Source: Pseudomonadota bacterium (GTDB lineage Bacteria; Pseudomonadota; Gammaproteobacteria; Burkholderiales; Eutrophovitaceae). From it: DNA of 64,000 nucleotides. Where the stretch lies: the NCBI GenBank assembly GCA_027624715.1, contig JAQBTV010000002.1:122636-186635 (forward strand). The letters run 5' to 3'. This document shows, piece after piece, positions 19,253 to 29,015 of the stretch (positions within the stretch are counted from its first letter, which is position 1; every line of letters begins with the position of its first letter). Below the pieces are notes generated by a model. That model did not search any database and was not told the origin of the DNA. It was given only the letters and a program-made list of their open reading frames with translations. The position numbers and the translations under genes were made by a program.

Positions 19253-20044
19253 GTGGAATTTGAAACGATGCTATTTAAAGTGGAGGATAACATTGCAAGA
19301 ATTACGATCAATCGCCAGAATTCATTTAATGCCATCAATGGCCAGGCAAGCAAAGATCTTCACGACATTGTCAATTTGATGGCGAGTAATAAAGATGTAC
19401 GTGCAGTAGTGATTACGGGCAGTGGAGATAAAGCTTTTTGTGCTGGTGGCGACATTACTGAATTCCATACGAACAAGCATCGTCTAGAAGCTTTAGTACG
19501 CGAAATGACAGGATATCTCCATATTGCTATTTCGCGTTTGGCCTGGTTAGATGCTCCGGTTATTGCGGCCGTGAATGGTACGGCCGCTGGAGCTGGATTG
19601 AGTCTTTCCGCATGTTGTGACTTAGTCATAGCATCTGATACGGCAAAGTTTACTAGTGCTTACACGCGTATTGGCCTCACACCAGATGGAAGTTCTACCT
19701 ACTTTTTGTCGCGAATTATTGGACGTCGTCGAGCGCTCGAGTTATATCTAACGAATCGAATACTAACAGCCCAAGAGGCGCTTGATTGGGGGCTCGTAAA
19801 TCGCATTGTGCCGGCTGCTGATCTGCAAAAAGAAGTGGATCAATTGGCTCGAGATCTTGCTGCAGGCCCTACATTGGCGCACGGCGGTGTAAAAAGACTG
19901 GTGCTTATGTCGCCTAACGACACGCTCGAATCACAAATGGAGCGAGAAACTCGGGAAATCGCACGGATGGTTGGTACTGAGGATGCTCAGAACGGGATTG
20001 CTGCGTTCATAAGTAAACAAAAACCGATATTCGAAGGGCGATAA
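19253..20044 (+). CDS. Enoyl-CoA hydratase/isomerase (PaaG-like, catalytic Asp subgroup)
   Basis: FCAGGD, AVNGTAAGAG, GLTPDGSST; AGGAGG RBS before GTG. Confidence 0.88.
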   Translation: MEFETMLFKVEDNIARITINRQNSFNAINGQASKDLHDIVNLMASNKDVRAVVITGSGDKAFCAGGDITEFHTNKHRLEALVREMTGYLHIAISRLAWLDAPVIAAVNGTAAGAGLSLSACCDLVIASDTAKFTSAYTRIGLTPDGSSTYFLSRIIGRRRALELYLTNRILTAQEALDWGLVNRIVPAADLQKEVDQLARDLAAGPTLAHGGVKRLVLMSPNDTLESQMERETREIARMVGTEDAQNGIAAFISKQKPIFEGR

Positions 20045-20067
20045 CTAATAACTAAGGGAGAGATCTT

Positions 20068-20955
20068 ATGCTTAGCGATAAGCCCTTTGCATCAAAGAAG
20101 TTGCTTCAAATCAATGGGAAGAAGATGGCCTATATCGATGTGGGCGAAGGGGATTCGATTGTTTTTCAGCATGGAAATCCGACGTCATCATATCTATGGC
20201 GCAATATCATGCCTCATTGTGAGGGGTTGGGGCGATTGATCGCATGTGATCTAATCGGTATGGGGGATTCAGACAAACTAACAGATTCCAATGTGAGTCG
20301 TTACTCATACGTCGAGCAAAGAGACTACCTGTTCGCGGCTTGGGAGCAATTAGACTTAGGAGATCGAATTATTTTTGTCATTCATGATTGGGGTTCAGCT
20401 TTATCTTTTGAGTGGGCTTCAAAGCACGATCATCGAGTGCAAGGTATTGTTTATATGGAGGCGATAGTTGACGCGCTGACTTGGGATGATTGGCCAGAAA
20501 ATGCGCGGAAGGTATTTAAAGCGTTCCGGTCTCCTGCTGGGGAAGAAATGATTTTAGATAAAAATATTTTTGTAGAGCGCGTACTTCCTGGATCCGTCTT
20601 GCGAACATTGAGTGAGCGCGAGATGGCTGAATATCGGAGGCCTTTTCAAAATCCTGGCGAGGAGAGGAGGCCAACTTTGTCGTGGCCAAGACAGATTCCC
20701 ATACAGGGCGAGCCTGTTGATGTGGTAAATGTCGTTAGGGATTATTCGCGGTGGCTAGGGGCTTCCCAAGTCCCCAAACTCTTCATTAATGCGGAGCCTG
20801 GGTCTATTTTAGTTGGGCGACAAAGAGACTTGTGTCGTCAGTGGTCGAATCAAAGTGAGGTGACGGTATCTGGGTTACATTTTTTGCAAGAAGACAGTCC
20901 TGACGAGATAGGTGCGCACATTGCGAGCTTCGTACAACGTCTTCGTCCTGACTAA
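20068..20955 (+). CDS. Haloalkane dehalogenase (HLD-II, LinB/DhaA type)
   Basis: [20 protein letters not shown] and GLHFLQED provide the Asn-Asp-Trp-Glu-His pentad. Confidence 0.9.
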   Translation: MLSDKPFASKKLLQINGKKMAYIDVGEGDSIVFQHGNPTSSYLWRNIMPHCEGLGRLIACDLIGMGDSDKLTDSNVSRYSYVEQRDYLFAAWEQLDLGDRIIFVIHDWGSALSFEWASKHDHRVQGIVYMEAIVDALTWDDWPENARKVFKAFRSPAGEEMILDKNIFVERVLPGSVLRTLSEREMAEYRRPFQNPGEERRPTLSWPRQIPIQGEPVDVVNVVRDYSRWLGASQVPKLFINAEPGSILVGRQRDLCRQWSNQSEVTVSGLHFLQEDSPDEIGAHIASFVQRLRPD

Positions 20956-20985
20956 ATAAGCGGTCCAATTTACAGTCCTTCTGAG

Positions 20986-22656
20986 ATGTACGATCTTTTA
21001 GTTAAGAATGGAAATATTGTAGACGGGACTGGACGTCCAGCCTATCGCGCAGATGTAGGTGTCAGCGCCGGCATTATCGTTGATGTTGGAGAATTAAACA
21101 CCGCAGGCAAGCAAGTGATCGACGCAGACGGTCTCATTGTATCGCCTGGGTTTATTGATCCACATACTCATTATGATGCTCAGATTTGTTGGGATACATT
21201 GCTTACGCCGTCTTCTTGGCATGGCGTAACTTCGGTTGTTTTGGGTAATTGTGGTGTCGGTATCGCTCCGTGTCACTCAGATGCGCGTGAGGTCGCGATG
21301 CGTGACCTCGAAAATGTTGAAGCAATCCCATTCGAGGTCTTAGAAAAAGGGATCACTTGGGATTGGGAGTCATTTCCAGAGTTTATGGATTTTGCCCAGA
21401 GACAAAAAATTGGTGTGAACACCGCATTTTTGGCGCCGTTAAGTCCATTCAGGCACTTTGTGATGGGTCAAGAATCTATAGAAAGAGCTGCGGATGAGGT
21501 TGAAATGTGTGAGATAGCCCGTCTACTCGGAGAGGCATTGGACCACGGAGCTTTTGGATTCTCCAGCACGATACTGAATCAACATATGGGTTTCGGTGGA
21601 AAACCTTTAGCGTGTCGTAATGCCAATCGTGAGGAATTAAAGTTGTATGCGAACACATTAAAAAAACGTAATAAAGGTGCGATTGAAATTGCGTTGACCC
21701 GTCAGCTTGGAGTGCTAGAAGAGGATCAGTGTGACCTTCTTGATATGTTGCTTGATGAGAGCGGTAGGCCGGTTACTTTTATTGCAATGTTTGATCGAGA
21801 CGATATTTCAGAGGCAGTTCGAGAAAGTCTTCGGCGCGCTAAACCAATGATTGAAAAAGGTGCTAGACCGCAGACATCGCCCTTGCCGATCACGCGAGAG
21901 ATGGGTATGCGTAATCCCTTCTCATTCGCGTCTTTCCCCTCGTGGAAGCGTGTTTTCGAAAATAAATCTAAGGAAGCTCAGAAACTCATTTACTCTGATC
22001 AAGAATTCAGAAAGCAGTTTAGAGAGGATTTAAAGAATCCAACGGGATTTGCTGACTGGCAACGAATTACTTTGCATCAGGCACGCAACGAGGTACTTGC
22101 CCCATTTATTGATTTATCCGTTTCGGATATTGCACATGCTCAGGGCAAAGATCCAGTAGATACGTTCCTTGATATTGCAGTTGCCGATGATTTGGCGTGC
22201 GAATTTACGATTCAATCATTTAATACCCGAATTGATCGTGTGGCAGAGCTGCTTAACGACCCTTCGATACTGATTGGGTTAGGCGATGGCGGGGCACATG
22301 TTGATATGTTGTGTGATTCGGGATATCCAACGTATCTGCTCGGGACCTGGGTTCGCGATAGAGGTGTATTGTCTCTAGAGGAGGGAGTAAGACGTCTGAC
22401 CTCTGATCCAGCAGATTTTTTTGGGATTAAGGATCGCGGACGTCTTCGCAGAGGTTATGCGGCAGATATTACGATATTCGATGCCGCAGAGATTGGATCT
22501 TCAGATCGACCTGAGCGCCGGTATGACTTGCCTGGCGGCGCGAAACGTATGGTTATGCCTTCGCGAGGTATTAAATATACGATTGTTAATGGCATTCTTG
22601 CTTGGAAGGATGGTTTCGAGCAATCAGCAAATAACGGCATGCTTTTGAAGTCTTAA
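20986..22656 (+). CDS. N-acyl-D-amino-acid deacylase family amidohydrolase
   Basis: PGFIDPHTHYD, GNCGVG, DGGAHV, RGRLRRGYAADITIFD. Confidence 0.88.
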   Translation: MYDLLVKNGNIVDGTGRPAYRADVGVSAGIIVDVGELNTAGKQVIDADGLIVSPGFIDPHTHYDAQICWDTLLTPSSWHGVTSVVLGNCGVGIAPCHSDAREVAMRDLENVEAIPFEVLEKGITWDWESFPEFMDFAQRQKIGVNTAFLAPLSPFRHFVMGQESIERAADEVEMCEIARLLGEALDHGAFGFSSTILNQHMGFGGKPLACRNANREELKLYANTLKKRNKGAIEIALTRQLGVLEEDQCDLLDMLLDESGRPVTFIAMFDRDDISEAVRESLRRAKPMIEKGARPQTSPLPITREMGMRNPFSFASFPSWKRVFENKSKEAQKLIYSDQEFRKQFREDLKNPTGFADWQRITLHQARNEVLAPFIDLSVSDIAHAQGKDPVDTFLDIAVADDLACEFTIQSFNTRIDRVAELLNDPSILIGLGDGGAHVDMLCDSGYPTYLLGTWVRDRGVLSLEEGVRRLTSDPADFFGIKDRGRLRRGYAADITIFDAAEIGSSDRPERRYDLPGGAKRMVMPSRGIKYTIVNGILAWKDGFEQSANNGMLLKS

Positions 22657-22681
22657 GTAGATTTCAAGAGAAGGTAATTTT

Positions 22682-23029
22682 ATGTTGATGAATTTAAGAC
22701 GATTGATGTTAATCCTAGGCATTTACGTATCTGGCATCGTACCGACAAGTGCAGCCAAAATACAAAAACGGCTCATAGCATTACAGGGAGTTCGCGAGTG
22801 GTCAGTCAGCTCTGACGAGAATATGAAAAACAAGTTTTCTGGATTTGTGCTTTGTATTCATGACGCATTTAATGAGCTGTTTTTTTGTACACAAAGCGGT
22901 ATGACGCGGTTTGACTTAGAAAATACAGCGCGGGCGTGGTCTAATGCGTACAGTCAGTTGCGTCAACTATTAAACGTGGATGTTATCAGACAATCGTTGT
23001 CTGAAGCTTATAAGAGTGGTGAACGTTAA
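22682..23029 (+). CDS. Hypothetical protein
   Basis: 115-aa ORF filling the gap within a co-directional run; stop codon abuts the next ATG; no recognisable motif. Confidence 0.35.
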   Translation: MLMNLRRLMLILGIYVSGIVPTSAAKIQKRLIALQGVREWSVSSDENMKNKFSGFVLCIHDAFNELFFCTQSGMTRFDLENTARAWSNAYSQLRQLLNVDVIRQSLSEAYKSGER

Positions 23030-24130
23030 ATGTCCTTGAGAAAAAAAAGTCATCCGAAGGGTGGGTTAGTGCGGCTGGAGCATATCTCCAAGGTGCTGAA
23101 GAATAACCCCCTGAAGGATCCTTACCGGCGAGATATTTTAGTCTGGCTACCACCGGATTATGCTTCTAATACGACACAGCGATATCCGGTTTTTTATGAT
23201 TTAGCTGGTTTCACGGGATCAGGCCTTGCGCGACTCAATTGGAAGCCTTTTGGTGAAAATATGGCTGAGCGATTAGAGCGTTTATATCACGAGAAAAAGA
23301 TCGGCCCGGTGATCGTGGTATTCCCAGATTGTTTTACGTCGCTTGGTGGTAATCAATATATTAATTCCTCCGCGTTAGGCCGTTATGATGACTATTTAAA
23401 CCTAGAGATTGTTCCTTTTGTCGATGGTATGTTTCGTACTAAGTCATCAGCCAAACATCGCGCCTGTTTTGGAAAATCATCTGGTGGTTATGGGGCCATG
23501 GTTCAAGGCATGAATCACCCTGATGTTTGGGGTGCTATTGCTAACCTGTCTGGTGATGCTTATTTTGATTGCATTTATCGCCGGGATTGGCCAAATACAT
23601 TGGATGCGTTAGCAAAATATCGTATTGCTAGTTACCTACCTAAAGAGGGTTCAAATATTGAGAAAGGAAGGCGGGAGCTTGTTAAGCATGGGATGGACGA
23701 TGGGAGAATTAAACGTTTTTTGGAAGCAATTTGGTCAAAAGAAAAAATATCGTCTTCTGAGGGGCATTGTTTGATGAACCTTTGTATGGCAGCCACATAT
23801 GATCCTGATCCAAAAGCGCCACTTGGTTTTAGGGTGCCATTTAATATGGACACAGGAGAGTTAATTGAGGCGCGTTGGAAGCGTTGGTTGGCTCATGATC
23901 CTATTAATTTGGTAAAACGTTTTGGGAGTCATTTGAAGAAGCTAAAAGGAATTTGGATAGAGTGTGGGACGAGGGATCAATACTTTATCCATTATGGATC
24001 GCGTATTTTGTCAGAACGATTACATAATCTCGGTGTTAAGCATGTTTACGAAGAATTTGATGATAACCATTCAGATCTTGATTATCGACTCAATAGAAGC
24101 TTGCCGTTCCTTTTTAAGGCGATCAGTTAG
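23030..24130 (+). CDS. Alpha/beta-hydrolase, enterochelin-esterase-like
   Basis: VWLPPDY, GKSSGG nucleophile elbow, CGTRDQY, FDDNH. Confidence 0.85.
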   Translation: MSLRKKSHPKGGLVRLEHISKVLKNNPLKDPYRRDILVWLPPDYASNTTQRYPVFYDLAGFTGSGLARLNWKPFGENMAERLERLYHEKKIGPVIVVFPDCFTSLGGNQYINSSALGRYDDYLNLEIVPFVDGMFRTKSSAKHRACFGKSSGGYGAMVQGMNHPDVWGAIANLSGDAYFDCIYRRDWPNTLDALAKYRIASYLPKEGSNIEKGRRELVKHGMDDGRIKRFLEAIWSKEKISSSEGHCLMNLCMAATYDPDPKAPLGFRVPFNMDTGELIEARWKRWLAHDPINLVKRFGSHLKKLKGIWIECGTRDQYFIHYGSRILSERLHNLGVKHVYEEFDDNHSDLDYRLNRSLPFLFKAIS

Positions 24131-24135
24131 TATCG

Positions 24136-24897
24136 ATGGGCTCCGCAAAGTCAGATATCCACAGAGCCAAGGCTATGGTTCAGTCTGCTTCAGCAGTTGT
24201 GATTTTGACAGGGGCTGGAGTTTCGACTGGTTCAGGAGTCCCTGATTTCAGAGGGCCTCAGGGTGTGTGGACGAAAAATCCTCTTGCTGAAAAGATGTCG
24301 GATATTCGATATTACATGGTAGACCAGGACGTCAGGCGTTTAGCGTGGCAGTCTCGCTTAACGCATCCTGCGTTAAGGGCTATACCGAATGACGCACATA
24401 ATTCTATTGCTGCATTTGAGAAAACAGGAAAATTACTGACCTTAATTACCCAAAATATTGATGGGCTACATCAAGCCGCTGGAAATGACATGAATAAAAT
24501 CATAGAGATACATGGCACGATTCATCGTGTGGTGTGCATGTCATGCCAAAAAAAAACGAATATGCTGGATGAGCTTGAGCGGGTTAAAGGAGGTGAGCTT
24601 GATCCCAGTTGTTTGCATTGTTCGGGTATTTTGAAAAGCGACACGATTTCTTTTGGACAATCTTTGGACGCGATCAAAATTGATGCGGCATTTGATTTTG
24701 TCAAAAAAAGTGATCTCTTGTTATGTGTCGGTACGACTCTGCAAGTTTACCCGATCGCGAGTGTTGTGGATGTCGCGAAAGCTGCTCATGTTGATGTATT
24801 GATAGTCAATAACCAGCCAACGCAGTACGACAATGCGGCAGATGGGTTTTTGCGAGGTCCAATTGAAGAGGTATTGCCTGTCCTTCTCGGATCTTGA
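24136..24897 (+). CDS. cobB: Sir2-family NAD-dependent protein deacylase
   Basis: GAGVSTGSGVPDFRG, TQNIDGLH, HG, two CxxC zinc pairs. Confidence 0.88.
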   Translation: MGSAKSDIHRAKAMVQSASAVVILTGAGVSTGSGVPDFRGPQGVWTKNPLAEKMSDIRYYMVDQDVRRLAWQSRLTHPALRAIPNDAHNSIAAFEKTGKLLTLITQNIDGLHQAAGNDMNKIIEIHGTIHRVVCMSCQKKTNMLDELERVKGGELDPSCLHCSGILKSDTISFGQSLDAIKIDAAFDFVKKSDLLLCVGTTLQVYPIASVVDVAKAAHVDVLIVNNQPTQYDNAADGFLRGPIEEVLPVLLGS

Positions 24898-24981
24898 TTG
24901 CCATAATCAAATTTTGTCTTTAGTGTTTAGGTTAATTTTTAGTCTCTATTGAGTCGTACCTATTTAGGAGAGATCGTTCTT

Positions 24982-26406
24982 ATGACTTCGTTTGATCCGT
25001 TTGCGTCAATTGTAGAGCTCGGCCAACAACTCCGTTCTGGTCAGCTCACCTCGAAATCATTGACTCAAGGCTACTTGGATAGGATCAAGCAGTACGATAA
25101 AAAATTCCATGCGTTTGTGGAGATTCTTGAGACTCGTGCGCTAGAACAAGCAAAATTTGCTGATTCGGAATTTGACGCAGGGGTCGATCGCGGCCCACTA
25201 CACGGCATTCCCTATGCGGCCAAAGATTTGTTTGATATTGCTGGTGTTCCGACTCGAGCAGGTACTGAGCTCTTATCCGATAACGTGCCGAATGAGAATG
25301 CCTTTATTGTTTCCCGCCTCGAAGAGCTAGGAGCTATTCTTGTTGGCAAGACTCATACTGTCCAATTTGCTTACGGTGGGGTGGGTATTAATAATAAACT
25401 CGGTACCCCAGTAAATCCATGGGCTCGTGAACATCACATACCTGGTGGGTCGAGCAGTGGGTCAGGCGTGGCGGTTGGTGCTGGTCTTGTGCCTATGGCT
25501 CTTGGGAGTGATACGGGCGGGTCAGTAAGGATTCCTGCTGCGTTTAATAGTGTAACTGGATTGAAAACCACTGTCGGTCAAATTAGTCGTCGAGGTGTTT
25601 TTCCCTTAAGTTGGACTCTTGATTCAGTGGGCCCTTTAACGAGAAACGCTAAAGACGCAGAGGTCGTGTACCGGTTAATGGCGAAACAGGATTTCGATGA
25701 TCCATCGATGCAAGCTTTTCGTCCATTAATACACATGGATGAGGCTGCATCACAGGAATCGTTGGTGGGATACCGATTGATTTATGCTCAGAATGTATTC
25801 TTCGATGAGTGTGACCCTGAGGTGGAAAAATCGGTTTTAGACACAGCTTCTGTATTTGCAGATCTAGGGGCTAGTATTGAATATCGGTCGGTAGACGTGG
25901 CAAATGCAGCGCTCAGATTGAATCCAAAAGGGTTAGTCATTGCTGCAGAGGCTTACTACTCGAATAGGTTATTGGTCGATAAGTATTTTGATCAACTTGA
26001 TCCTATTGTTTCACATCGTTTGATTAAAGGAAAAGAAGTCACGGCGGTAGAGTATCTCGATATTCAAAATGGTCTTACATCGATTAGGCATCAAGCCATT
26101 GAGTTTTTTGATACTGCGGATGCATTGCTCGTTCCCACTGTGATGACTCCACCATGTTCTGTTGCAGCGTGCCAGGCTAGTGTCGACGCGTATTCAAAAA
26201 CGAATGTGAGCTGTTTGCGTAATACAGCCATCGGTAACATGCTTAATTTAAGTGCTGTTACGGTTCCGTGTGGCTTTAATGTTCGCGGGCTACCAATTGG
26301 TCTGATGATTTACGGAAGGCCATTTGATGAAATTAAAATTCTAAAGATTGCTCGAGCATTTCAGGATCGGACTCAGTGGCATTCTCATAGGCCGCGCATT
26401 GATTAG
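24982..26406 (+). CDS. Amidase (amidase-signature family)
   Basis: GPLHGIPYAAKD, GGSSSGS, GSDTGGSVRIPA; start moved to the ATG after AGGAGA. Confidence 0.9.
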   Translation: MTSFDPFASIVELGQQLRSGQLTSKSLTQGYLDRIKQYDKKFHAFVEILETRALEQAKFADSEFDAGVDRGPLHGIPYAAKDLFDIAGVPTRAGTELLSDNVPNENAFIVSRLEELGAILVGKTHTVQFAYGGVGINNKLGTPVNPWAREHHIPGGSSSGSGVAVGAGLVPMALGSDTGGSVRIPAAFNSVTGLKTTVGQISRRGVFPLSWTLDSVGPLTRNAKDAEVVYRLMAKQDFDDPSMQAFRPLIHMDEAASQESLVGYRLIYAQNVFFDECDPEVEKSVLDTASVFADLGASIEYRSVDVANAALRLNPKGLVIAAEAYYSNRLLVDKYFDQLDPIVSHRLIKGKEVTAVEYLDIQNGLTSIRHQAIEFFDTADALLVPTVMTPPCSVAACQASVDAYSKTNVSCLRNTAIGNMLNLSAVTVPCGFNVRGLPIGLMIYGRPFDEIKILKIARAFQDRTQWHSHRPRID

Positions 26407-26431
26407 TTTTATATTTTTAGGAGTAAAGCGT

Positions 26432-27229
26432 ATGCATGGATTGGAAGGTGTTGTGGCTGTTATTACAGGCTCAGGGCGCGGTATCGGTGAGCAGATAGCG
26501 CGTCGTTATGCGTCAGAGGGTGCGAGACTTGTAATAGCTGATATTGATGAAGATGGCGTCCTGTCACTTTCCAAAGAACTACAGAGTATGGGGGTAGATG
26601 TTTTGCCGTTGAGAGTTGATGTTAGTGACCCTATAGCTGTGACTAGGCTCATTGCGGAATCGACTAAGCATTTTGGACGTATTGATGTTTTGGTGAACAA
26701 TGCAGGTGTTATACGAGTCAAACGCTTTTTAGAGACAACTCCAGAGGATTGGGATTACATGCAAAATGTGAATGCAAGAGGTCTATTTTTTTGTGTACAG
26801 GCGTGTGCTAAACAAATGTTGAGTCAGACGCCATTAGCCGACGGTAGGCCGACAGGTAAAATCATCAATATGGCTTCGATCGCTGGACGAGCAGGACGAA
26901 AATTTATGTGTGCTTATTCTGCGAGTAAAGCCGCGGTTATTATGATTACCCAATCTGCAGCATCAGAATGCTCGCCAAAAGTGACAGTCAATAGCATATG
27001 TCCAGGGCCCGTTGATACCGACATGTGGATCCAAATTGATGCTGAGTGGACTGCGATTGAAAATAAACCAGTCGGAACAGTTTGGAAAGAGCGGGTTCAG
27101 GCTGTGCCGATGGCTAGAGCGCAAACGCCCGAGGATGTCGCTTCAATGGCCTATTTTTTGGCATCTAAAGACTCTGACTTCATAACAGGGCAGTCCTATC
27201 ATGTTGATGGAGGCGTGTTAATGCTTTAG
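26432..27229 (+). CDS. Short-chain dehydrogenase/reductase (polyol/acetoin dehydrogenase-like)
   Basis: TGSGRGIG, NNAG, YSASK; ATG 26432 after AGGAG. Confidence 0.9.
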   Translation: MHGLEGVVAVITGSGRGIGEQIARRYASEGARLVIADIDEDGVLSLSKELQSMGVDVLPLRVDVSDPIAVTRLIAESTKHFGRIDVLVNNAGVIRVKRFLETTPEDWDYMQNVNARGLFFCVQACAKQMLSQTPLADGRPTGKIINMASIAGRAGRKFMCAYSASKAAVIMITQSAASECSPKVTVNSICPGPVDTDMWIQIDAEWTAIENKPVGTVWKERVQAVPMARAQTPEDVASMAYFLASKDSDFITGQSYHVDGGVLML

Positions 27230-27269
27230 CGTAAATCCTAATGACATATTATTTTGAGGAGGAATTACA

Positions 27270-28193
27270 GTGAAAGAAATTTGTCGGGAGTTGTTATTCC
27301 CTGAAGGCCCTGTGGCTATGCCCGATGGTTCCGTTTTGCTTGTAGAAATTGAACGTAAAACGCTCACGCGGGTTGATCATAATGGAAAAAAAACTATCTT
27401 AGCGGACTGTGGCGGAGGACCTAATGGGGCAGCACTTGGTCCTAATGGGAAAATGTACGTCTGTAATAACGGTGGGTTTGTTTGGACGAAGACTGGGCCA
27501 TTTAATCGGCCAGGTGAAGCTCTACCGGATGACTACGCGGGGGGGTCGATACAGACTGTTGACCTAAAAAGCGGTGAAGTCACCAGTCTTTATCGTGATT
27601 GTGATGGGGAATCTCTTAAGGGGCCAAATGATATTGTTTTTGATCGCGTAGGTGGTTTTTATTTTACGGACTTAGGTAAGCGTCGTAGCCGACAAATAGA
27701 TCGAGGGTCAGTGTTTTACGCCAAGATCGACGGATCAATGATCGTTGAGTTGATTCATCCTTTTGACACCCCCAATGGTATCGGTCTCTCGTCAGATGAG
27801 AAAACACTCTATGTTGCTGAGACGAATGCTGCCAGGCTTTGGGCGTTTGATATAGATTCGCCGGGTGTGTTGAAGAAAAACGGACCACATCCTTTTTGGC
27901 CGGGCCGATTACTTCATAAATTTAGTGGTTACGAGAGACTTGATTCACTTGCGGTCGATGCTGAGGGCAATGTTGTCGTAGCAACGCTTGGGACGGGGTG
28001 TCTCACCGCTATTGCGCCGACCGGAGAGGTACGAGCAAGAGTGCCGGTACCAGAATTTGATCTAATGGTGACAAACGTTTGTTTTGGTGGCCCAGATCTA
28101 AAAACTGTCTTTGTTACTTCGTCTGGACTGGGTCGACTTTATTCCTTTGAATGGCATTGTCCGGGATTACCTCTGAATTTTCTAAATACCTGA
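27270..28193 (+). CDS. SMP-30/gluconolactonase family protein
   Basis: FPEGP, GPNG, GPND, TPNGIGLS, TNVCFGG. Confidence 0.9.
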   Translation: MKEICRELLFPEGPVAMPDGSVLLVEIERKTLTRVDHNGKKTILADCGGGPNGAALGPNGKMYVCNNGGFVWTKTGPFNRPGEALPDDYAGGSIQTVDLKSGEVTSLYRDCDGESLKGPNDIVFDRVGGFYFTDLGKRRSRQIDRGSVFYAKIDGSMIVELIHPFDTPNGIGLSSDEKTLYVAETNAARLWAFDIDSPGVLKKNGPHPFWPGRLLHKFSGYERLDSLAVDAEGNVVVATLGTGCLTAIAPTGEVRARVPVPEFDLMVTNVCFGGPDLKTVFVTSSGLGRLYSFEWHCPGLPLNFLNT

Positions 28194-28913
28194 CTAAGCC
28201 GACGTTTTTTCAGTACCTCTAATCCTGATATTAACGAGTTCAACCGTAAAGGAAAATGCCATAGCAAAGTAAATATAAGATTTGGGTACATGAATTTGAA
28301 AACACTCAACGACCAGTACGATGCCGACCAATATTAAGAATGCTAATGCAAGCACCTTGATGGTAGGGTGTTTATCTACGAAATTCCCAATACCCTTTGC
28401 TGCAAACATCATCACAGCAACGGCTAAAACGATAGCAATAACCATGATACTTAGTTGATCTACTAAGCCGACCGCTGTAATTACTGAGTCTAGCGAGAAA
28501 ACAATATCTAAAATAGATATTTGAATAAGTATTGATACCAGGCTGACTTTTTTGTTCGATGTTCTCTCAATGCTTACACCCTTTAGCGCTTCATGAATTT
28601 CTTGGGTCGCCTTCACAATTAGAAATAATCCACCAAAGAATAAAATCAGATCGCGACCTGATATTTCAAGATTAGCCAATGTGATAATTGGCGTACTTAG
28701 TGACATTACCCATGAAAGTGAGAAGAGAAGTCCCAATCGTGCAATCATCGCGAGCGAAAGCCCAAGACGTCTAGCAAAGTTACGTTGGGCTTCTGGCAAA
28801 CGGTTAACAAGTATTGACAGAAAAATAATATTATCGATACCCAGAACAATTTCTAAAGCTGTTAGTGCTCCAAGTGCGACCCATGCCTCAGGTGAGGCGA
28901 ACCAATCAAACAT
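28194..28913 (-). CDS. TerC family membrane protein
   Basis: LEIVLGIDN, DIVFSLDSVITAVG. Confidence 0.92.
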   Translation of the reverse strand: MFDWFASPEAWVALGALTALEIVLGIDNIIFLSILVNRLPEAQRNFARRLGLSLAMIARLGLLFSLSWVMSLSTPIITLANLEISGRDLILFFGGLFLIVKATQEIHEALKGVSIERTSNKKVSLVSILIQISILDIVFSLDSVITAVGLVDQLSIMVIAIVLAVAVMMFAAKGIGNFVDKHPTIKVLALAFLILVGIVLVVECFQIHVPKSYIYFAMAFSFTVELVNIRIRGTEKTSA

Positions 28914-29015
28914 TTTTCTTTCTCAATTTAGTCAGCATCCTCTTATTATAATTTAGAGCGCAGGCTGAGACCTAAAAAGTATTTTTTGAGTTGTGGCGTT
29001 CTGTATCTTGATTAC

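Noticed and set aside
20068-20955. Renilla-type luciferase
   Set aside because: Same fold, but the intact HGNP motif and halide-binding pentad indicate a dehalogenase
24136-24897. Sir2 gene as an anti-phage NADase (Thoeris/DSR type)
   Set aside because: Canonical zinc-binding CobB-type deacylase of normal length in a metabolic context
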